From Candidatus Pacearchaeota archaeon (GTDB taxonomy: Archaea > Nanobdellota > Nanobdellia > Pacearchaeales > GW2011-AR1), in the NCBI GenBank assembly GCA_018304055.1, contig JAGVWY010000036.1, forward strand, positions 1-40,932: DNA of 40,932 bases. Direction: 5' to 3'. Each line of letters begins with the position of its first letter. Positions within the stretch are counted from its first letter, which is position 1. The notes under the pieces are model-generated. The model was not told where the DNA came from and did not search any database. It saw only the letters and a program-made list of their open reading frames with translations. The position numbers and the translations under genes were made by a program. Of this stretch, positions 28,754-38,100 are shown one piece after another.

Positions 28754-29251
28754 ATGTTTATAAGAAAAAATGCAATAAGTGAAAAATTAAGAGATTTTTT
28801 AGAGGGTTCTTTGTTAGATTATTTTAAGTTTGAGTAAGGAGAAGATTTAGATTCTGTTGTTGATGAAGTTTTAAATGACAGAGATTTATTTACGTTTTTA
28901 GCTGTTTATCTAAAACAAAATCAGGGATTAAGATTAGGAGTAACAACAAGGTATCATGGAGATGATCCTCCTATTCCTTATTGTTTACATTATGGATTGA
29001 AATTAGATTTTGAAGTTCCAAGAAGAACTGCTTTGTATTTTTTTGAGAGTAAAGATCCTTCTTATCATTGTGAAGGAAAAAAATCAATAGATAGTCTTAG
29101 ATTGTGTTATGAATTTGGATTAGATGTAAGAAGATGGGTAAGCCCCCAAAAGTTTTGTAAACAAGTTGAAGAGGTTTTAACTAGAGTAGATATTAATAGA
29201 TTTGTTATTGATCTACCATTTGACCAAAAAGAAGATACAAGAAAACCTTAA
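28754..29251 (+). pseudogene. Hypothetical gene with in-frame TAA at 28835-28837
   Basis: ATG 28754 is in frame with the 28997 ORF, with a single stop after codon 27. Confidence 0.6.
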
Positions 29252-29368
29252 ATTCTTCTTTTGTTTATTACCAATATATTTTTAACGTGCAAATTCTTTT
29301 AAAATAAAAAGAAAAATAAAGAGAATTTTGCAAAAATAAGAAAAACAAAGTTCTTTAAAAGAGGGAAA

Positions 29369-31657
29369 ATGGTGTTATTCAAATCAGGAACAGATCTGTA
29401 TGCTTATGAAATTGTAAGAGAAGAAGGGAATAAAGTACTTTATGTAAATTATTTGGGAGCTAATTTTGTTCCGAATATTGCTGATAGTGAAGAAGTTATG
29501 TCACGAGCAATAGATCTGTTAATAGAAGGATCTGGCGTCTCAAGAATTGTTTTTGTTCAACAGAGAAATTACAGCTATAATACTGAACAAACTTTCATGC
29601 TTCAAGAAATAGCTACATTATATGTTTTTTTGACAAGACAAGAAAAGATTTTATCTCCTTCTAAATTATCAATACTTAACTCACAAGAGCTTGGACAGCG
29701 ATATAATGATGTTGCTTATTTGTTAATGAAATTAAAGTCAGATCCTATTGCGTGTTTTATGGAACTGCAGAAAATTCTCGTAAAAGAAAGAGGTAGATTA
29801 GAAAAATCACCAGATAACCTTAGAATAGACTTATTGCATTATGTAAGAATGTTAGAAAAATTTTATAACTTGTTGAAAAATACAGAGCTTATTAGAAAAG
29901 CGCAAAAATTTTTGACTAACTATACTTTTAATAGAACTATTTATCACAATTTTTTTAGGAGTGAAATAATTCCTAATTTCACTTTTACAAGGTTAGTTAG
30001 TACATTGCCAAAAGATGCAGAGATAGTTGACCAGTATGAGATTGGAGAGGAGGTTGATAGCTCGACAGTAACTATATTAAAAAGAGAGAGGGATGCAAAG
30101 TACATCTATCATTTAATGCCGCCTGAATATTCTTTAGAAGAACGAATGCAAGACTTAATAAACTTAGCAAGAAATGTTTTGATAGAACACCAGCCTAAAG
30201 CAGAGGAGTTTACTGACCCTGAAAAAACAAGGCAGGTATTTCTTAATGTTTCTCTTGATTTACTACGAGAATTGGCTGAAAGTAAAAAAATAACCATTGA
30301 TTATATGGAACTAAACAAATTAGCAAGGATTTTAGTAAGGCATACTATAGGATTTGGATTAATAGAAGTTTTGCTTCAGGACAAAAATATTCAAGATATT
30401 GTTTTGAATGCTCCTATTCCTGGCAATAATGTTTTTTTACGACATCAAGAATATGATGAGTGTTCTACAAATATTATTCCCAGTTTGGAAGATGCAGATT
30501 CATGGGCTGCGAAATTTCGAATGATTTCAGGAAGGCCATTAGATGAGGCAAATCCTATTCTTGATACAGATTTATCTTTAGGCAATATACGGGCAAGAAT
30601 TGCAGTTATACAACAACCTTTATCTCCGAATGGTTTGGCTTATGCAATTAGGAGACACAGAGAAAATCCATGGACCTTGCCTTTATTTATAGACAACAAG
30701 ATGATTAACAGCTTTTCTTCCGGGTTACTAAGTTTTTTAATAGATGGGAGCAGAACGCTGCTTGTGGCAGGGACTAGAAGTTCTGGAAAAACATCCCTTT
30801 TAGGAGCTTTAATGTTAGAGATTATGCCTAAATACAGAATTGTAGTTTTAGAAGATACATTAGAACTCCCTGTTGATTCTTTAAGAAAGTTAAGTTATGA
30901 TATATTAAGAATGAAAGTAAGAGGAAGTTTGTTAAAAGAAAGTGTCGAGGTTGGAGCTGATGAAGGAATTAGAACTTCCTTGAGGTTAGGAGATAGTAGT
31001 TTAATAGTGGGGGAGGTGAGATCCAAAGAGGCAAAATCTCTTTACGAAGCAATGAGAGTTGGGGCATTAGCAAATGTTGTAGCTGGAACTATTCATGGAG
31101 CAAGTCCTTATGGAGTTTTTGATAGAGTTGTCAATGATTTAGAAGTTCCTGTAACTAGTTTTAAAGCAACTGATTGTATTCTTGTTGCTAATCCTATTAA
31201 GACTCCTGATGGTTTATCATCTAAAAAAAGAGTTGTTCAACTTACAGAAATAAGGAAACATTGGACAAAAGATCCTGAAGAAGAAGGAGGTTTTGTTGAT
31301 TTGTTAAGATATAATGTTGAAAAAGATGAATTAGAGCCTAGTGACGAATTAATTAATGGAGACTCTGAAATAATAAAAGCTATTGCAGGAGGAGTGAAAG
31401 GTTGGGCAGGAAATTGGGACGCTGTGTATGATAATATCTTATTAAGAGCAAAGATTAAACAAGAAATTGTTAATTTAAGCAGGAAATTAAAAAGGCCTGA
31501 TATCTTAGAAGCAGAATTTAATTCTTTGAGTAATACTATGTTTCACAACTTTTCTGAAGAAGTGCAGAAAGATATTGGCATTCCAGAAGGAAAAAGAGTT
31601 TTTAGTAAATGGCAGGAATGGGCTAAGAAAGAAATAAAAGCAAGGAAAGTTGCTTAG
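29369..31657 (+). CDS. Type II/IV secretion (VirB11/CpaF/FlaI-like) ATPase
   Basis: GTRSSGKT Walker A, LEDTLEL Asp box, LIVGEVR Walker B, GTIHG His box. Confidence 0.92.
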   Translation: MVLFKSGTDLYAYEIVREEGNKVLYVNYLGANFVPNIADSEEVMSRAIDLLIEGSGVSRIVFVQQRNYSYNTEQTFMLQEIATLYVFLTRQEKILSPSKLSILNSQELGQRYNDVAYLLMKLKSDPIACFMELQKILVKERGRLEKSPDNLRIDLLHYVRMLEKFYNLLKNTELIRKAQKFLTNYTFNRTIYHNFFRSEIIPNFTFTRLVSTLPKDAEIVDQYEIGEEVDSSTVTILKRERDAKYIYHLMPPEYSLEERMQDLINLARNVLIEHQPKAEEFTDPEKTRQVFLNVSLDLLRELAESKKITIDYMELNKLARILVRHTIGFGLIEVLLQDKNIQDIVLNAPIPGNNVFLRHQEYDECSTNIIPSLEDADSWAAKFRMISGRPLDEANPILDTDLSLGNIRARIAVIQQPLSPNGLAYAIRRHRENPWTLPLFIDNKMINSFSSGLLSFLIDGSRTLLVAGTRSSGKTSLLGALMLEIMPKYRIVVLEDTLELPVDSLRKLSYDILRMKVRGSLLKESVEVGADEGIRTSLRLGDSSLIVGEVRSKEAKSLYEAMRVGALANVVAGTIHGASPYGVFDRVVNDLEVPVTSFKATDCILVANPIKTPDGLSSKKRVVQLTEIRKHWTKDPEEEGGFVDLLRYNVEKDELEPSDELINGDSEIIKAIAGGVKGWAGNWDAVYDNILLRAKIKQEIVNLSRKLKRPDILEAEFNSLSNTMFHNFSEEVQKDIGIPEGKRVFSKWQEWAKKEIKARKVA

Positions 31658-31761
31658 ATTTATATTTTTAATTCTTTAACAGTTTTATTTTCTTTCTAGG
31701 TTTTATTTCAAAATTTTCATTGCTATAGTGAAAGACATAAATCTTTCCCTAAATAGTTAAC

Positions 31762-31938
31762 CAAACAAAAAGCATTTGCTATCTTTTATTTTATTTACAA
31801 ATGCTTTTTGTTTGCGACAAAACTGAGGAAATGTCAAGAACCATTAAAGTGTATGGCGTGTTATGGTTCTTGAGCACCTCAAAAATTGTTTTTTCTTTCC
31901 CCAGTTAAAACAGGGAGTTTACGAAAAAAACAATTTTT
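31762..31938. repeat. Intergenic multi-hairpin cassette (may also act as terminator)
   Basis: 17-bp IR 31762-31778/31798-31814; 11-bp IR 31834-31844/31863-31873; 14-bp IR 31881-31894/31925-31938. Confidence 0.8.
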
Positions 31939-32153
31939 AATGTATTGAAGTCGTTGATGATATGAGAAATCTAGAAAAATAGATTAAAGCCTTTAGGCAA
32001 TGAAGATTATTAATAAACATTAATTATAATACATTTCGAGGATTACTAAAATCTTCACTAAGCAGACAAAAATATAAATTATCTATTAAAATAATAAAAT
32101 TATATAACAGGAATATATTTAAAGATTATTGTATATGAGGTTACACCACAACC

Positions 32154-35100
32154 ATGGTTTTTAAGAGGTACATAAAAAAAGGAGGAAGGGTTTACGGGCC
32201 TTATTATTATGAATCCTATAGAGATAAGAATGGAGAGGTAAGAAAAAGATATGTTGGAACAAAGCCTTTAAAAAGTGGTGTAAATACTTCTAAAAAATAT
32301 TCTTTGTTATTTCTTTTAGCAGTTGTTTTTGCCATTGTTTTTTTAGTTATTTTGAAAACAGATATTGCTATATCTGGAAAAGTTATAAGTGGTGTAACCC
32401 AAACTCCCTTTTCTTTAGGAGGATTTTCAAAACTTTCTGGATATGTTGTTTCTGAAATAGCTGAAGAAGAGATAGTTGAGGAATTTGAGGTGAGAGAGAA
32501 AAATGCCAAGCTTAAAATAAAAAAACCGAAAGAGGTTTTAGGAAATAAAATATCAAAAAACAAAAATCATAGGATGGAATACGAAAGAATTGGATATGAA
32601 GTAAACGAAGGGTTAATCCTATATTTTGATATGTTGAATTATACAGAGTATATTGATGAATCTGCTTTAGTGATAAGAAAAGAAAATGAAAAAAGTAAAG
32701 GAAAAAATGAAAGTATTAATGAAAGTGAAGAATTGAAAGAAAGCAATTTTACAATTCCTATAAATGAGACATTAATTAATGATACTATAACCAATGAAAC
32801 TGAAAGTAATGAGAGTGAAAATAGCATTAATAATGAAACAATAATTGAAAATCCTGAAATAGGAGACAAAAATGAAACAGATAAAGAGGGAGATAAATTA
32901 AAAGAAGATGAAGAAAAGTTAGATGATAACAAAGGAAAAGAAGAGGATATTAATAAGGAAACTGATGAAAGCAAAAAAGGAAATAAAATAACCGGAATTT
33001 TTGGAGGATTTTTGGGTATTGTGGGAAGAGTTATTGAAAATGTTAATGATGAAAGTAGTGATAAAAATATCAGTTTAGATAAAGAAAAAGGGGTTGATGA
33101 GGATAAAGATAACAAGGAAGATAAGAAAGAAAATAAGAAAGAAATTGATAAAAAAAATGAAAGCGAAGAAAATGATGAAAAGGATAAAGATAATGAAAGC
33201 AAGGAAGGTGTAACAGATGAAGAAAATATTGACAACGAGGAAAAAGAGCAGAAAAGGAATGAGGATGAAAAGGAGAAGGATAATAAGGAGAAAATTAAGG
33301 GGCTTACATTAGAAGAGATAAAAAAAGGATTAGAAAATTTAAGTGAAGAATCGTTAAAAGGAATAGAGGATAAAGCATTAATTGTTTTGAATGATAGTGA
33401 GTTTAATATTACAGTGAATGAAAGTGAAGCTAGAAGATATAATGCTGATTTTAAATGGGGTTACAAAGTAGGATTAAAAGATAAACAATTAATGGCTAAA
33501 ATTGAGGTAACTAGTGAGGAATTAATCAGCATTTATGATAATCATACTCTAAGAGTTGGGAGAAGTCTTCTTTCATTCAAAGATTTGGTTAATTCTGGAT
33601 ATAATGTTAGATTTGAAAGGCCTTCTTTAGATATGGGAATTTATGACAAGAAAATTGTAAATGAAACTATTAATGAAACACTAATTAACGAGACAATTGT
33701 TAACGAGACTTTAGAGAATGTAACGATAATAAATAAGACATTAGTTAACGAAACAATAATAAATGAAACTCTGATAAATAAAACTGTTAATGAGTCATTA
33801 GAGAATGTTACTTCGGTTAATGAAACGATTATCAATGAGACTTTCATTAATGAAACGTTTGCTAACAAAACAATAATAAATGAAACTGAAGAAGAGAAAG
33901 AGATTGGTAAAGAAAAGAAAGAAGAAAAAAAAGAAGAAAAGGAGGAAAAGAAAAATGAAACAATTATCGAGACAATAATAAATGAGACTATTATAGAAGA
34001 AGATAAACAGATAGATAAAAGAAATGAAACTAAAGAGATTGGAGAAGAAATTAAAAAAGATATAGAAAATAAAACTGAAGAGAAAGAAGAAGTGAAAGAG
34101 GGAGAATGTTATGATAATATTACTAGAATATTTACTGACAAAGGATGGAGGTATTTTAAAGATTTAGAAGAAGATGATAAAGTCATGACATTAAATCAAG
34201 AAACTGGAGAACAAGAATGGCAATTGCCTTATGAGAAACAGGATTTTGAGGGAGATAAAGAAATGTATAGTATTAAGACTATTGATAGTAATGGCAGAGA
34301 AGGAGAATTAATTGTTTCAGAGAAGCATAAAGTTTATGTTAATTTGGAGGGAATTGATTCTATTGTAAATCCATCTTCATATAATGTAATTAAATTGCCT
34401 TCAAAATCTTCTGGCTTTATTTCTTTTAATAACCTGGAGAAAGCAGATTTTGACAATTCTAACTTATCTTGGGATATTCTTAACCAGACAACTGAAAATA
34501 TTTTTTCTTTTGGAAAATGCTCAGAGTCAGCAAAATCTTCATCATTGGTTATTAATGCTCTTTGTTCAGATTTTGAGAAGGAAGCTAATTTACCGTTAGC
34601 GAGTCCTTTGGGTTTTGAAACTGTATCAACTCCTTGTTCTTTAATAAATTTCTCAAGTCTTTTATCAACATTTTCATCTGACAGAAATCTAATCGAGCGG
34701 GACGCTGAATTGGACATTGTCTCTACCTCTCATCAAACTGGCTGCATAATGCAAGGCTGCTTTAATATGATTTTCGTTGATAGAGGGGAATGCTTCAAGA
34801 ATCTCTTTAATGGGTATTCCTGCTTCGAGCATTTCCAAAATTTGCCAGACCATAACCCTTGTACCTTTGAAAGTAGGCTTGCCACCACAAATCTCCGTGT
34901 CTGCAACAAGGTACTCATTAATTTCAACTCTCATTGTAATAATAAAAATAGTAAGGAATTATATAAACTTTTCTCCTTACAACCAATAACTGAGGTTTAT
35001 ACAGATTATAGGAATAGAAAAGATATTTATTTCTTAGACGATAAAAATAATCCTATAAAAATTTTAGAAATTGAGAAAGTTCCTTATGATGGAAGAATGT

Positions 35101-38100
35101 ATGATGTTGATGTTGAAAATGATGTGGTTTTAGTTGAAAGAAACGGATTTGTTGTATGGAGCGGGAATAGTGATTTAAAAAAAGAGGAAAAAGCAGAACC
35201 TGTTGAAGAAAAAAAGGAAGAAATAAAAGAAGAAAAGGAGAAAAAACAGGAAGAGAAATCAGAAGAGACAGCAAGTTCATCAGAAGAACCTGATGAACCT
35301 GTAATAACAGGAAATGTTGTTAGATTTTTTGGATTAATAGGAAGAGCTATTACTGGATTTGTAATAGCTAACGAAGTTGAAGATGTTTATTATAATAATA
35401 CGATAACTGTTTACATTGAAAGAGATTTTAGCAATGAAAACGTTAGTGTTGGAGAAACGATTTATTTAGATCCTACATTAATTATAGAGATAACAAAAGC
35501 AGAGCATTTAGATGAAAATAGAAGTTTTATTCGAGATATTTATGATTATGTAAAAGCAAAAGATGATAACTGGACAACTATTCCTCAAAGCCAATTTGTC
35601 CGCGTTACCTTTCAAAAAAATTTAACAAAAAGCAATGATATAACAATTTATGCGAGGTATGCAAATTATAGTAATAATATAAGTAATAATTCTGATAATA
35701 CAAACGAAAGTAATAATACAGGGAATGAAACGAGCAATACAAGTAATGAAATAAATATAAACAATAAAGGTGGAGAGATTATTGTTTATAGATTTAATGA
35801 TACTGAAGAAATTGCACGATTTACAAATATCACAAAAGAAGACTGGTACAAGATTTATTTAACTAATTTAAATGAAAATGAATCATACAATGTTTTTGAT
35901 TTACAGATTATAGGAGACATTGTGATTGGAGAAAATAATTCAGGAAATGAAAGCGGAAATTTAACAGGAAATCAGACAGGAAATGAAACAGGTAATGGAA
36001 CAGCGAATGTAACAGCAGCAGGCATTGAATTTGATTATGTTGTGGATCCTACGAATTATAATATTGTATTGGTTGAATCAACGAATACTGTTGGTTTGTA
36101 TAGTTCCATAGCCATAGATTCTAATGATGGAGTTCATATCTCTCATCATAAAAGCTTAAACGAATTAAGGTACTGCAATAACACTGCATCAGATGGAAGC
36201 TGGAGCTGTACTGTTGCTAAGACAACTAATTTTATAGGATATTATAGTTCTATAGCTATTGATTTAAATAATAAAGTCCATATTTCTCACCAAGACAATT
36301 GGAATTTTGATTTATACTACTGCAATAATACAGCAAGTGATGGCTCTTGGAGCTGTATTGCCATTGAATCAACGAATAATGTTGGATATGATACTTCTAT
36401 AGCCATAGACTCTAATAATAAAATACACATTTCTCATCGAGACACAACTAATAGCAACCTTCGATACTGCAATAATACTGCAAGTGATGGCTCATGGAGC
36501 TGTATTGCAGTTGATTCAGGAGGAATTTATTCTTCTATAGCCATAGATTCTAATAATAAAGTCCATATTTCTCATCATGAGGGTATTGCCGCTGATTTAA
36601 GATACTGCAATAATACTGCAAGTGATGGCTCATGGAGCTGTACTGCTATAGATATCGATTCTGTAGGATATTATTCTTCTATAGCCATAGATTCAAACAA
36701 TAAAGTCCATATCTCTCATCAAGATCCTAGTCCGGTGCTTGACCTTAGATACTGCAATAATACTGCAAGTGATGGTTTATGGAGCTGTATTACCATTGAA
36801 TCAACGAATAATGTTGGTTATTTAACTTCTCTTGCAATAGATTCTAATGATGACATTCACATTTCTCACTACGAGGATATTGCGAGCAGTAGTTCTGATA
36901 GGTTACGCTACTGCAATAATACAGCAAGTGATGGCAGTTGGAGTTGCACTGAAATAGCGAGCAATACTTCAATTACTGCCTCTTCTTTTGGCAGGGGATT
37001 AGCCATAAAAAAAGGAAGATTAATGGATACAACAAGTTATTCTACTTATGTTCATGGAAGTTTTTACAATACCAGCGGAGGAGATTTATACTACTGGAAC
37101 ATGAGCGGAACATGGCCGGCATCTAGTGATTCTATTCCGAAGATTAATTTCACTGAACCAACTCCAGTAAATGCAACTTCAACTGTAAATACAAGTTTTA
37201 TTGTCAATGTTTCAATTGTTGAACCTGATTTAAATGAAGTAATTTATAATTGGAATGGGACGAATTACACTTTGTATAATGATAGCTTGGTATTATTAAT
37301 GAATTTTGATAATGTTTCTGCACTTGGTGAAAATGATACATTAGTCGCTGATCTAAGCGGTTATGGAAATAATGGGACCGGAAATAGTTCCAGCACTGTC
37401 TGGTTATCTACTGGAAAATATGGCGGAGTTTTCAATTTTAGCGGAAATAATAATAGTTTTATAAATATAAGTAATACTACTGCATTTCCTTCTGATAGTA
37501 TAACAGTAGCATTTTGGGTTAATGCAAGCTCAAGCGGAGGTGCGGATGGAATAATTTCTTATGCTGCGTCAAGTGATAATGAATTCCTTTTATTTGATAC
37601 TACAAGTATTGATGTGTATGTAAGTAGCACATCTGCTGCAGGTACTGTAAGCATTAATGATAATCTTTGGCATCATATTACTGTGATTTGGTCTGGCGCT
37701 ACTAATCGTTCATTAACTTATAAAGACGGAATATTAGAAGATAATTTAAGCTTAGCTCCATCAAGCAATATAGGTAGAGATGGTTGTTTAGTACTTGGTC
37801 AGGATCAGGATTCAGTTTGTGGTGGTTTTCAAAATAGTCAGGCATTTTATGGTCACATGGATAATCTCATGATTTTTAATAGAAGCCTTTCTTCAGACGA
37901 AGTCTATCAACTTTATGCTTCAAATTTATATCGTTATAATACAACACAATGGTATCTTTTAGTGAATCAGAGCAAGAATGCAAGTGCAGTATTAGAAGAT
38001 GGAACATATACATATTTTGCATGGGCAAATGATACTTCAGGAAATGATAACATAACAGAAATAAGAACAATATATGTTAATCATAGTGATGTTCCAAAAA

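Larger units (their letters stand above)
34107..35168 (+). mobile_element. Intein/Hint domain (aa 652-1005) lacking a homing endonuclease
   Basis: Block A CYDNITRIFTDKGW; block B LIVSEKHKVYV; block F YDGRMYDVDVEN; block G VVWSGN followed by Ser+1. Confidence 0.88.

Noticed and set aside
12735-28837. Stop-codon reassignment explaining the in-frame stops
   Set aside because: The stops differ (TAG, TAA), and all three stop codons terminate conserved genes normally in this window
32216-33868. Antisense ORFs 32216-32563, 32639-33235 and 33641-33868 as more nested genes
   Set aside because: S/L/F-rich shadows of E/K/N-rich sense codons with no family motifs, unlike the TA pair
34733-34989. Alternative-frame ORFs 34733-34927(-) and 34777-34989(+)
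   Set aside because: No recognisable motifs; by-products of the dual-coding region
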